A stretch of DNA of 64,000 nt from Octopus sinensis (taxonomy: Eukaryota), in NCBI RefSeq assembly GCF_006345805.1, contig NC_043007.1:66836001-66900000 (forward strand). The letters are read 5' to 3'. A program made the position numbers and the translations under genes. Shown one piece after another: positions 24,409 to 36,666 of this stretch. Each line of letters starts with the position of its first letter. Positions within the stretch are counted from its first letter, which is position 1. Under the pieces are notes generated by a model. The model searched no databases. It had not been told where the DNA came from and saw only the letters and a list, made by a program, of their open reading frames with translations.

Positions 24409-24441
<33 letters not shown>

Positions 24442-24446
24442 TAATC

Positions 24447-25170
24447 CATGGATGGAATTTATAAATATTTTAATTCATCTCTACGCGCGTTTCCACGTAT
24501 CACATGTTTCTTACAATCTTAGTCCTTATTCCTGGGATGATTGCACTACAGTCCATACTATCCATGGACTTCCACAAGAGAAGTACACATAAACAAACTA
24601 AACAAAATATCCATTTTTCCCATAGCTATATACTATACGTACCACCAAAATTGAAAGGACATTTTAAGAGAACATCATTTGTCAACTCAGATAATAAACG
24701 TCAATGACAGAATAACTGTCCTTCCTGACCCTACTACATTGAGGAGGCTCCTGTTGTGACTAAGATCAAACCAATGAACTATACTACTCACCCCATCTGC
24801 ATACACAAATAACAGAAGTCTAACATCACCACACACTCCTTCCTCTCCTTTATCATTACCATTCCTTTCTCTCTTTCCATCACCTTCTACTCCAACCCGC
24901 CAAATACACACAGTACTGCACACATACCCCAATCAAGCTTTTCATTGGTGAAAATTGATAAACAACCTTCAGTTATACATTCGTTGCTTCCTACATTAAT
25001 GTCATATCGTCTGAAGAAATGAACACATGAACTATGATCCACCCAATGTCCATGAATACTACGAACTGTATTGTAATCATACCAGGGGTACGGACTATGA
25101 TCGTATGACACAAGTGACTTGTGGAAACGCGCGTAGCGATGCGTTACAATATTTATAAATTCAATCCCTG
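24447..25170 (+). mobile_element. Probable PLE 3' remnant with inverted terminal copy (alternative: MITE with 50-bp TIRs)
   Basis: 24447-24496 inverted to 25121-25170; both carry GAAA-cgcgc-GTA with palindrome ACGCGCGT after a hairpin; interior has weak similarity to the GIY-YIG C-terminus at 11560-11687. Confidence 0.5.
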
Positions 25171-25382
25171 AATTATTATTATCATTATTATTATTATTAT
25201 TATTATTACATTTATCCAACATTATATCGGCACAGCTCGATACAACCCCTTAAAGCTTCTATTGCAAGTTGGCATCATTAGGCTGCAGCCTACAAAATAA
25301 AATATTACGTTTTATATGCCTACTCAAATACGTTTCCTCTAAACGAACTTAAAGGATATATATATGTGTGTGTGTGTGTGTA

Positions 25383-25416
<34 letters not shown>

Positions 25417-25417
<1 letters not shown>

Positions 25418-25810
25418 TCTTTCTCTCTTTTACTTGTTTCAGTCGTTTGACTGTGGCCATGCTGGAGCACCGCCTTTAGTCGAATAGATCGACCCCAGGA
25501 CTTATTCTTTGTAAGCCTAGTACTTATTCTATCGGTCTCTATTACCGAACCGCTATGTTACGGGGACGTAAATACACCAACATCGGTTGTCAAGCGATGC
25601 TGGAGGGACAAACACAGACACACAAATACACATACATATATATATACGATGGGCTTCTTTCCGTTTCCGTCTACCAAATCCACTCACAAGGCTTTGGTCG
25701 GCCCGAGCTATAGTAGAAGACACTTGCCCAAGGTGCCCGCCAGTGGGACTGAACCCGGAACTATGTAGTTGGTAAGCAAATACTTACCACACAGCCACTC
25801 CTGCGCCTAT
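25417..25810 (-). mobile_element. SINE S2 full length
   Basis: Matches 48451-48857. Confidence 0.85.
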
Positions 25811-25829
25811 ATATATAAACACACACACA

Positions 25830-25876
<47 letters not shown>

Positions 25877-25938
25877 CATACATACATACATACATACATA
25901 CACACATACATACATACATACATACATACATACATACA

Positions 25939-25972
<34 letters not shown>

Positions 25973-25973
25973 A

Positions 25974-26037
<64 letters not shown>

Positions 26038-26040
<3 letters not shown>

Positions 26041-26393
26041 CAGAAGTATATACGTCACTAAAGTGAACAAAGGCACTAATCAGCACCAGTATTGCTAAAA
26101 ATAAGAGTCAAAACAACTCAATAGCCACCAAAAGCACTATCTTAATAAGCTGACAAGGGAGAAAAACGCCTGCGGTCGCAGATTGAGCTACATCACCAAT
26201 GATTCCGCATTCTGATGCTTAACGCATCTTAATGCTCATCAGTAGCTCTCACCGTGCCTAGGGTTATACTTATTTCGTCAGCTCATGAAGATAATGCTTT
26301 TTGTGGCTATTGAGTTGTTTTGACTTTTATTTCTAGCAATACTGGTGCTGATTACTGCCCTTGTTCACATTAGTGACGTATATATTTCTGCCT
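26038..26393. mobile_element. Foldback element, 117-bp inverted arms around a 122-bp spacer
   Basis: 26038-26154 versus reverse complement of 26277-26393, about 10 mismatches, no gaps. Confidence 0.85.
26185..26248 (-). ncRNA. Type I hammerhead-like fold with two core A>G changes
   Basis: gagcta-CTGATGA-gcatt(aa gatgc gttaa gcatc ag)aatgc-GGAA-tca ttgg tga-TG-tagctc. Confidence 0.6.
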
Positions 26394-26432
26394 TTAGGTT
26401 ATAAAATTGCGAATTAGCTACCCATGTTATAT

Positions 26433-26506
<74 letters not shown>

Positions 26507-26515
26507 ATAAATACC

Positions 26516-26566
26516 TATTTCTTTACTACCCACAAGGGGCTAAACACAGAGGGGACAAACAAGGAC
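26516..26566 (-). mobile_element. Tail-only S1/Tx1-type retroposition with TSD
   Basis: ataccataaata at 26502-26513 and 26567-26578. Confidence 0.7.
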
Positions 26567-26937
26567 ATACCATAAATATACCATAAATACCAGTTGATCA
26601 TAGCGTTCATGGTCGGCCCAAATCAATCGCAGTACTTATTTGTAAATCTGGTTTTCAGCTCTTTTACTGAACCATTAAGTTATGAGGACGTCAGCCAACT
26701 AACATCGGTTGTAGGAGAATACGACGTAAATGCAAATACACTTAACGAAGATGCCGCTGAGTGGGATTGAACCCTAGTCCACATAGTTGGGAAGCAAGAT
26801 TCTTAGCCACACAGCCATACCTACATAAATAGCTAAAAAAAATAAAAGACGGGATGATCAAGGTTTTGAACGTCGTAGGTCTTGGTAGATCAACGTTAAC
26901 CCTGGGACGAAAGAACAACAACAACAATAATAGTAAC

Positions 26938-27172
26938 CTATTTCTTTATTACCCATAAGGGGCTAAACATAGAGGGAACAAACAAGGACAGACATAGGTA
27001 TTAAGTCGATTACATCGGCCCCAGTGCGTAACTGGTACTTAATCTATCGACCCCGAAAGGATGAAAGGCAAAGTCGACCTCGGCGGAATTTGAACTCACA
27101 ACGTAACGGCAGACGAAATACCGCTAAGCATTTCGCCCGGCGTGCTAACGTTTCTGCCAACTCGCCGCCCTT
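26938..27172 (-). mobile_element. SINE S1 full length
   Basis: Matches 29151-29383. Confidence 0.85.
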
Positions 27173-27192
27173 TTTTAAGAGTCAGCAGAAGT

Positions 27193-27330
27193 TTACCATT
27201 ACCTTTCTGCCAGAGCCTCGTGGAGTTTAGGTGTTTCGCTCATAAACACACACATCGCCCGGTCTGAGATTCGAACCCGTGATCCCTCGACCGCGAGGTC
27301 CCTTGCTCTAACCATTAGGCCATGTGCCTC
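27193..27330 (-). mobile_element. tRNA-headed SINE S3b, 5' part
   Basis: Matches 51665-51795. Confidence 0.65.
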
Positions 27331-28249
27331 CCGAATAATAACAGTAACCAGAAGAGCAACAACTACATCAGCAACACCACCAACCCAACAACAACAACAA
27401 CAAGAATACCACCAACAGCAAAAACAACAAAGGTACGCCACAAACAAAGCAACACCAACAATAACAATAACGATTATAGATACGCAGTTAGATATAAACA
27501 GGATTTCTGAAAGGGGGATAAAAGGATTATCTGTCGGCCACGTGCCGGCTTATTATTAAAAGTGGCTTCTTCTAAAATCTGACCACCACCACCACTACCA
27601 CCACCCCGCCGCGACCACCAACCATCTGAAAGTGTCGCGTCTCGCTCTGCCTCACCGCGCCACCAACCCCAGTCCCTTCGTCAATCGGTCCCCATTCCCA
27701 TTCTATCCACCTTTAGTAAATAAACCGTAAACAAAGCAATGTTTGTCTTTTTGTCTCTTTCTTTGTTGCATCAGATAGTTGTTGTTATTGGTAGTGGTTG
27801 TGGTGGTAGTGGTGGTGGTCGTCGTCGTCGTCGGGGGTGAAGCGGACTGATGTGGGGGGTTACGATGAGATAGATTGTAGAGGGTGTTACTCGCATGTAA
27901 GTAGGTGAGTGGCTGGAGTGCTTAGTGTTTAAACGTTACACCTGGACTGGAAACTGGGGCTCGGCTTTCTTTGTATTGTTTATTATTATTTTTTTTTGTT
28001 TCAACAAGCTATTTAGTTAAGTTAATTATTTAATTGTTTGTTACTGTCATGGTAGTTGTTGTTGTTGATGTTTAGCCCTCAGTCAAATTTAAACCAACAG
28101 GCAGACAGACAGACAAACATGACCAACTGCCGTATGCTCATCCTGTGGATTACACTATATACCTCAATACCTATTTTCTTCATTTCTAAGAATGTGATTA
28201 AATAGTAATTCACCTGGTCCGTGGCTATATTAGTCAAATTAGCCTGCTT

Positions 28250-28655
28250 AATTATTGATTTCAAATTTTGGCACAAAGCCAGCAATTTCAGGGGAGAGAT
28301 TAAGTGGATTACAGCAACACCGAGTATTCAACTGGTATTTATTTTATCGACCCGAGAGAATGAAAAGCAAAGCCAACCTCGGTGGGATTTGAACTCAGAA
28401 CGCAATGACAGACGAAATACCTATTTCTTTACTACCTTACAAGGGGCTAAACACAGAGAGGACAAACAAGGACAGACAAACGGATTAAGTCGATTATATC
28501 GACCCCAGTGCGTAACTGGTACTTATTTAATCGACCCCGAAAGGATAAAAGGCAAAGTCGACCTCGGCGGAATTTGAACTCAGAACGTAGCAGCAGACAA
28601 AATGCCGCTAAGCATTTTGCTCGGTGTGCTAACGATTCTACCAGCTCGTTGCCTC
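28250..28655 (-). mobile_element. Two abutting S1 SINEs (alternative-tail copy 28250-28420, Tx1-tail copy 28421-28655)
   Basis: Shared core, different tails. Confidence 0.75.
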
Positions 28656-29150
28656 AGACTACTGAATTATTAATAGTTTTTTAGCCACAGGCAAGCCTTG
28701 AATGAGTATGCCTATGATCAAACATACGCCAAGCATGACCTTCTGTCATTTTTCAGATAGTGTATCGATGTCTACTAGATAGAATATAGCATCTAAGATA
28801 TTTTTATCCAATGTGTCATTTTTTCAGTCAGTAGGATATGATTTGACTGGTATTTGCCAGCTATTTCTAGCATGTAAAGCGACCAAAACAAAACAACAAA
28901 ACGCACGAATGTTCACCCACCCCAAACTCACATATATACAAACGCATACAAATATACATGATGTATACATATATGTGTGAGTGCTCCTTTCAACTTTTCC
29001 CTGAACAAGGACACTGTGCGAAACGTTGGATTTTCTATTCCTCACTGCAAGTTCATTGTATTCTTATCACCAATTTTACTAGATAATATATGTCTTGCCG
29101 ACGCAAATCAACACTAACCTCATTGGTGTCTGACATATATAAATGTGTGT

Positions 29151-29383
29151 TAAGGCGGCGAGCTGGCAGAAATGTTAGCGCGCCGGGCGAAAAACTTAGC
29201 GGTATTTCGTCTGTCGTTACGTTCTGAGTTCAAATTCCGCCGAGGTCGACTTTGCCTTTCATCCTTTCGGGGTCGATAAATTAAGTACCAGTTTCGCACT
29301 GGGGTCGATGTAATTGACTTAATCCCTTTGTCTGTCCTTGTTTGTCCCCTCTATGTTTAGCCCATTGTGGGCAATAAAGAAAT
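29151..29383 (+). mobile_element. SINE S1 reference copy with 16-bp TSD
   Basis: atatataaatgtgtgt at 29135-29150 and 29384-29399. Confidence 0.9.
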
Positions 29384-29392
29384 ATATATAAA

Positions 29393-29456
<64 letters not shown>

Positions 29457-29475
29457 GTGTGTGAATACTCACACT

Positions 29476-29712
29476 GGAGGCGCGTGGCTTAGTGGTTAGG
29501 GTGTTGGACTCATAATCGTAAAATTGTGATTTCGATTCCTGGACCGTGCGACGCGTTGCGTTCTGAAGTAAAACACTTCATTTCTCGTCGTTCCAGTCCA
29601 CTCAGCTGGCAAAAATGAGTAATCCTGCGATGGACCGGCGTCCTATCCAGGTGGAGAATTTGTATGCTGTGGAAACCGGCCCTTATGAGTCGACATGGCC
29701 CAAGAAGGTAAA
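29476..29712 (+). mobile_element. tRNA-headed SINE S3
   Basis: A-box tggcttagtgg, B-box-like tttcgattcc. Confidence 0.75.
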
Positions 29713-29986
29713 TTTACCAAATACACACACTCATACGTACATATATGGTGATTGCTCCACCTTCACAGACGATTGCCGTCTCTTTGTGCTTCCCGTCAGT
29801 GACATTTCTGAGTTCAAATTCAAAGTTGACCTTGCCTTTCATTCATTCGGGGTCAATAAAATAAGCACCAGTTGAGTACTGGGGCCGATGTAATTGACTA
29901 AAACTCCACTCTCCTAATATATTTCAGCCTTGTGTTAATAGTAAAAAGAATTATTACATGCAATGTACTGCATTACAAGATGTAAC

Positions 29987-30221
29987 CTGAAGGCGGCGAG
30001 CTGGCAGAAGCGATAGCACACAGGGTGAAATGCTTAGCGGTATTTCGTCTGCCGCAACGTTCTGAGTTCAAATTCCGCCGAGGCCGACTTTGCCTTTCAT
30101 CCTTTCGGGGTTGATTAAATAAGTCCCAGTTACGCACTGGGGTCAATATAATCGACTTAATCTGTTTGTCTGTCTTTGTTTGCTCCCGCTGTGTGTAGCC
30201 CCTTGTGGGCAGTAAAGAAAG
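29987..30221 (+). mobile_element. SINE S1 with 10-bp TSD
   Basis: aagatgtaac at 29977-29986 and 30222-30231. Confidence 0.9.
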
Positions 30222-30229
30222 AAGATGTA

Positions 30230-30590
30230 ACTTCGTGTACGCATTCTTGATAGATCAGTTTTGCCAGCGTGCATATATTGTTGCCGGGTGGGGAATGAAT
30301 CTCAGACAGATATTTTCTCAAGTAAGGTCCAGTATTTGCCAGCCGTTTAGTCCTTTCTTTTACATGACCGGACAGATAGCACCAATGATTCTGTCGGGTA
30401 ACCACGGCTGCATTAGAAAACCAGTGCTGCGGCTAGAGATGTTAACACTCGTTAAGTGTTTATTACTAAACCTGTACCTCATAAAGAATATTGGATAGCC
30501 GTTATCCATTAACACCCTTTGAAATTGCTTAGTGTTGACGGTTCTCAATGAAACTTTACAGATGCCGTAGCGTGATCATTTTAGGTAATT
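30230..30590 (-). pseudogene. Possible Penelope/Poseidon-type RT thumb fragment
   Basis: RVLMDNGYPIFF and VKERTKRLAN...LRKY...PGNNI in different frames. Confidence 0.4.
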
Positions 30591-30618
30591 TTGTTAACTA
30601 TGAGACAGAATTATTTCC

Positions 30619-30737
30619 AGTTCTATATTTAAGAGATGAAGAATTATGTACATTATTTACCTTTATTTACAATTTGTGTTAACAACAAACAAAATGAGGA
30701 CAAATATCCGTCAATTGTAAATAATGTAAATAATGTT
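30619..30737 (-). mobile_element. 5'-inverted insertion of the post-cleavage part of the HH-A element, 11-bp TSD
   Basis: gaattatttcc at 30608-30618 and 30738-30748; 30676-30736 matches the reverse complement of 37265-37326. Confidence 0.75.
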
Positions 30738-31679
30738 GAATTATTTCCCTTCGTCTGAAGAGAGATTTATGAGATCCTTAAGTTATGGGTTTCGTAAGGA
30801 GAGAATGGTGACCTGGAAAATCTGGAGGATGAACGGAGTATTACTGTAAAATGGTGAAGATATGCTTAAGTCTAGTCTAGTGTTTCACAATGAGGGCGGT
30901 GGAAAGTTTTATATGTGTATTGAGAACAAAAAGGGTGAGCGGGGGCGATGGGGGCGATGGAGGTAATAGATGCCTCTGTACAGTTTTCTTCAGTCTTTGA
31001 CTCCTACTGAACTATTATCTGAAAAAAATTGCTTGTTAGCCACAATCACAACAACGACAATAACAGCAACATCAACAAGAATAATAGACTTTGAACAAGT
31101 AAATAAAGCATAACCGAATACATACGACCTATGCTTCCAGTAGTCACTTAAAGTGTCGTAACGTGGTGATGAGTAGTCACTTGCACCAAGCTAGTGCTTA
31201 AATCATTCTGGTGCAACGGTACGTGCGTGTACATTAAAAATGTGATGACCTTGAAAATGCGTTGGTAAGAGAAAAGGAACAATTGTTAAAAAAATCTTTC
31301 AGAAACACTGTTATGGAGGGTTAATTTCGGAGTTGTCTAGGGAGATTGCAGCAGGTTATCTATGTGGTAAGTATTCTAGTTTAAGGTAAACGTAGGTTTT
31401 AGATCCGATACCCATTTTAACTGGTTTTGCCACTCATTTCACACCGATGAGTTTAAAACTCTCTTTAACGGTGTTTGAAATAGAAAAAATACAACAATCA
31501 AGGGAGATACCTCCAATATAATCAATTCGTATTGGGAAAAGGAGAAATGCAGTTTGAGAATAGAATTGTCTTTTTTTTCCTTGGTCGGTCTGATTGGTTT
31601 AATCAATCTGAACGATCAAAGCAATATAGTTTGTCTTTTAACTCCTTATATTACATCGAGGCCAGCACTTCAATTGGCA

Positions 31680-32100
31680 ACCGTATGAAGATCCTGCGGT
31701 ACTAGGGCATGGTCCTGCCAGCAGCAGTCCATGCAGATGAAACTTGGGAAAATGACTGTCTAGATTACTCAGAGGTTGACTGCATTCTACCAACGGAGTC
31801 TATGCAGAATACTCAGGATCATCTACAAGGACAGAATCACAAACTCTGAAGTCTTGAGAAGAGTCTAACTGCACAGCATGCAGGAGATAGTGACAGACAG
31901 AAGAGTGAGACTGTTCATCTTTTCAGACTGGCGTACAATGGGTACCACCACGGGTATGAAGAAAGACAGGAGGACTCAAGTAGACATAGTGTGCCACCTT
32001 CAGGAAAACCTAAAGCAACTGAGCTTCACCAGGAAAGATGATGCAGGTGGCAATGCTCAAGACTGAGATTACAGGAGATGGTCTTGCTGCTCCATAGACT
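31680..32100 (+). pseudogene. RTE-clade LINE fragment
   Basis: LTAFYQRSLCRILRIIYKDRITNSEVLRRV. Confidence 0.7.
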
Positions 32101-32295
32101 TATACTATGATCACATCTGTGAGATTCTGCTGTACTTCTAGTTAGTTAGCGAACAGAATATGCTCCTCTGGCCTCTGAAACTCATAAACAAAGAAATAAA
32201 AACAAATATGTCGTAAAATGACAGAACGCTGACAAAACATTTTCATCTAGCACAAACCACAAAACAAACAGTAAAATACTATGTTTATATATATA

Positions 32296-32695
32296 CTAGC
32301 AGTATCGCCTGGCGTTGCTCGGATTTCTTTCGACCCGTTAGAATTGGAATTTTTGAAAAGTAAAAATTTTGCATTATGTAGCTTGTTAAATCTGAAATAC
32401 CTCTTTAAGTGAACATTTTTCTGGCTGAAATACACCGAAAAATGGCAACACAGCAGTCAAAAAATCGTAAAAAAATAGGGATTTTCATAGAAAAAAAGCA
32501 CCTTTTTGATATAAATAATTTTTGGTTTTAACATGGTGCGATTTGAATTTTTTCTTCTACGGAAGGAAGAGCAAGCCTTCTATCATACTCTCAATTTTGG
32601 TCAACTTGCGCCGCAGGGTCTCGGAGGAGATAGTGTTAGTAGAAGGCTATCAAACCTGCCACACACAGACAACTTCAGCTTGATATATATATAGA
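32296..32695 (-). mobile_element. Non-autonomous Helitron
   Basis: Minus strand A|TC start, imperfect subterminal hairpin, CTAG|T end. Confidence 0.65.
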
Positions 32696-33562
32696 TATAG
32701 ATATATATTACAGAGTTTGGTGGTGGAGAAAGAATACCATCACTACCACCACCATCATGATCACCAGCATAATTATCATCATCATCATTACCCCATCATC
32801 ATCACCATCGCCATTGATGTCGTCAACACTACACTTCATGCATTGGTAACCGATTCTATTTCTACCACCATCGTTGCTACCTTTTTCTTTTAACCCTCTT
32901 GAGATACCCAGGCCGAATGATCGGCCTAGGTGATACAAGCTGAAAGGACTTTGAGGGCGATCTATCATCCTGATGGTACAAATGTTGTGAATGGTTGGTT
33001 TTGAAGTGTAATAGCTGATCAGAGTTCATCTTTCAGTAGATATATCTCAATATAAAAAAAATTTTTGGTCTTTTTGTCTACACATACCAAAGAACTGTGT
33101 GTCTCGAAAGGGTTAAACTTTGTTTACAATTTTATCATAAGAAAAGAGAAAGTACGTTTAATATCGATCTATGAGGGCCTAGTAAGTGTTTCGAGGGTCG
33201 TGAGTTCGATAAAAGGTTACGTCGGTGGTAATAGACTTCACTTTAAAATGTTATTAATAACACTCAACAAGTGGTAAGCACTTGGGCCCACCTCAAGTGA
33301 GAAAACATATAGCGCTGTGGCACAATGTTTCATCGTCTTTTGTTCTTTTTTTAGATGTTATGGTGTAGTTTAAGGAAAATTGTTCTGTTATTTCGAGCAG
33401 GTCGAGTGACCACCCAAAAGTTTTATTTTCATAGTGTTTGTCCTGTTCTCACAGAGACGCACGGGCACGACTTCCATTATGTTGGTAACTGGGGCTTCCT
33501 ATTGGCTAAAGTTACATAATTTTAAATGCTAGTAACATTATTATTATTATTATTATTATTAT

Positions 33563-33602
<40 letters not shown>

Positions 33603-33639
33603 GGTGGTGGTGGTGGTGGTGGTAGTAGTAGTAGTAGTA

Positions 33640-33686
<47 letters not shown>

Positions 33687-33983
33687 ATTTCTAGAAGACG
33701 GTATTTCGTCTGCCATTACGTTCTGAGTTCATATTCCGCCGAGGTCATCTATGCTTTTCGGGGACCATAAAATAAGTAGTACCAGCTGAGCACTGGGATC
33801 GATACAATCTAATTGTCACCCATCCCCTAAAATTACTGGCCTTGTGCCAAAATTGGAAAGAATTATTTATTTCTAAGAGAAACTGAATGTGATTTTCGTT
33901 ATCAGCATGCAAAAGCTATATCAGCGTAGAAATTTGAAAATAATCTAATGAAAATCTGAAATACCTCAAATGGTTGAAGGGAA

Positions 33984-34400
33984 TTAAACAAGTCCCACTA
34001 TCACTACAGCTACCATTTTCACCATCATAACTACCACCGCAACCACAACCACCACCAAAACCACAACCACAACCAAAACAACAACCAGCACTGCCACTAC
34101 CACCACAACCACCGAAACCACATCCACCAAAACCACAATCAAAGCCACAACGACCAACAAAACCACAACCACCAACAAAACCACAACCACCACCAAAACC
34201 ACCAAAACCACCACAACCACCACAACCACAACTACCACCGCTACCACTACCACCGCCACAACTACAACAACCGTCACTACCGCAGCCAGCACAATGACAA
34301 TCACCACTACCACATTCACCACTACTACTACTACAACCACCACCACCACCACTACCACCACCACCACCATCACCCCTATAACTATCACCTTGCCACCACT
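33984..34400. repeat. Degenerate (ACC/AAC)n trinucleotide tract
   Basis: Direct reading. Confidence 0.9.
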
Positions 34401-35283
34401 ACCCTCCTGATTATTCTCAACGAAACAACAGACGGCGTGTGCCAGAGATTAATAAACTCCGTGACCTCCGACGTCTAACCACTACCAAACACTTTTATCT
34501 ATTGTTATGGTGTTTGTGATGTTAGAGGTGGTGGTGGTGACGGCGGTAGTATCACTGTTGCTATCTTTGTAGTGGTATTACAAGAGGTGGTGGTGGCGGT
34601 GGTGATTACCATAGCTTTATGGTATATATATTGGCTTTATGACGAGTAATTATAATTTTTTTATCGCTTATTTGTTTCAGTCATTCGACGGCGGCTCGAG
34701 ATGGGGGGTACCGTTTTCAAGGGTTGGAGTCGAAAGAATCAACCCCAGGACTTCTTTCCTTACCTTTTTTTTTTTTTAGTTTGGTACTTATCCTATCGGT
34801 CTTTTACGCCGAACCGATAATTTGCGGGGATGTACACAAACCAACATCGATCATGAAGTAGTGACGGAGCAGACACAAGCTCACACACTCACAGGCACAC
34901 AAGTGTGTGTGTGTGTGTGTGCATGTATAACGTCTCTATATACATATATATATGTATATACATATATGTGCGTGTACATATGTATGTGTAAGTGTATATA
35001 TATATATATATATACAGAGAGAGAGGTTATGAGAGCTAATGGTGTCAATAAGACACAAAGGTGTCAGGTAATGCTTAGTAAGTGCTATGGATAGACCATA
35101 GTTAAGTTCCAGGTTCGGTGATTATGCGAATAAAAGAGTCCAATGTATCGGCATGTGTATATATATATATTTTTTTTTTCAGAATGAGATAAAAGACCAA
35201 GGCTGTGAAGATTTTTTCTATATATAAATGTTCCAAAATCTTCACAGCCTTGGTTTTTTTATCTCATTCTGAGAAAAAAAGAT

Positions 35284-35330
<47 letters not shown>

Positions 35331-35333
<3 letters not shown>

Positions 35334-35709
35334 AATCACATGGTTCCAGGTTCAGTCCCACTGCGTGGCACCTTGGGCAAGTGTCTTCTACTATAGCCTC
35401 GGACCGACCACAGCCTTGTGAGTGGATTTGGTCGACGGAAACTGAAAGAAAGCCGTCGTATATATGTATATGTATATATGTGTGTGTGTGTGTGCTTGTG
35501 TGCCTGTGTTTGTCCCCCCTCCCCAACATCACTTGACAGCCGATGCCGGTGTGTTTACGTCCCCGTAACTTAGCGGTTCGGTAAAAGAGACCGATGGATT
35601 AAGTACAAGGCTTACAAAGAACAAGTCCTGAGGTCGATTTCCTCGACTAAAGGCGGTGCCACAGCATGGCCGGAGTCAAATGACTGAAACAAGTAAAAGA
35701 GCAAAAGAG
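35331..35709 (+). mobile_element. SINE S2
   Basis: Matches 48490-48857. Confidence 0.8.
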
Positions 35710-35711
35710 TA

Positions 35712-35890
35712 TATAGGGAGAATAATTTTTAAAAAATTAAAACGGGTAGTGTAGACAATGAACAGATCTACTAGTTTAACGCTCGTGAAGTGAAAAAGTC
35801 TTTAACGTTTCGAGCCTACGCTCTTCTACAGAAAGGAGCACAGAAAGAAACAAGGAGAGAAAATAAAGAATGTGTAGTGGCTAGCGATCT
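35712..35890 (-). mobile_element. HH-B element with best-preserved variant HHR (35800-35835)
   Basis: cttt-CTGTAGAA-gagc gtag gctc-GAAA-c-GTT-aaag; palindrome AACGTT. Confidence 0.6.
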
Positions 35891-35948
35891 ATATGTGTGC
35901 GTGTGTGTGTCTATTTTTGTATGTACATACACACGCACACTCACCCGC

Positions 35949-36010
<62 letters not shown>

Positions 36011-36154
36011 ATATACATATATATATGTATATATATATAATATATATTTATATACGTTTAAATATTTGTTGTGCAAGATTTTTTATGTGAAGTCGTGTAT
36101 TGGCTAAACTGGCAATATGACCATTCCGAAATATAACAATATTATATATATATA

Positions 36155-36284
<130 letters not shown>

Positions 36285-36365
36285 TATATATATATATATA
36301 TATGAAGCGGGGTGAGTGTGCGTGTGTATGTACTTAAAAAAATAGACACACACACACATATGTAT

Positions 36366-36410
<45 letters not shown>

Positions 36411-36619
36411 CATACATATGTATGTATTATGTATGTATGTATGTATGTATGTTTGTACTGTATACCTGTTGCAGTAACGTTGACAACGCAAGCTAAAGCT
36501 GTTGTATCTGGTGACATTGTTGCCGACGGTGTCGGGATGGCGCGGCTGTTAAGGAATACTTTATATAAGCCCAAAATACCTTTCTTTATCCCTCGCTTTC
36601 TCCCTCTCTATCACCCCCC

Positions 36620-36666
<47 letters not shown>

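Noticed and set aside
28998-29030. Decayed hammerhead (tcc-CTGAACA-aggac...GAAA-c-GTT-gga)
   Set aside because: G8 lost and helix II broken; plausible relic but not supportable alone.
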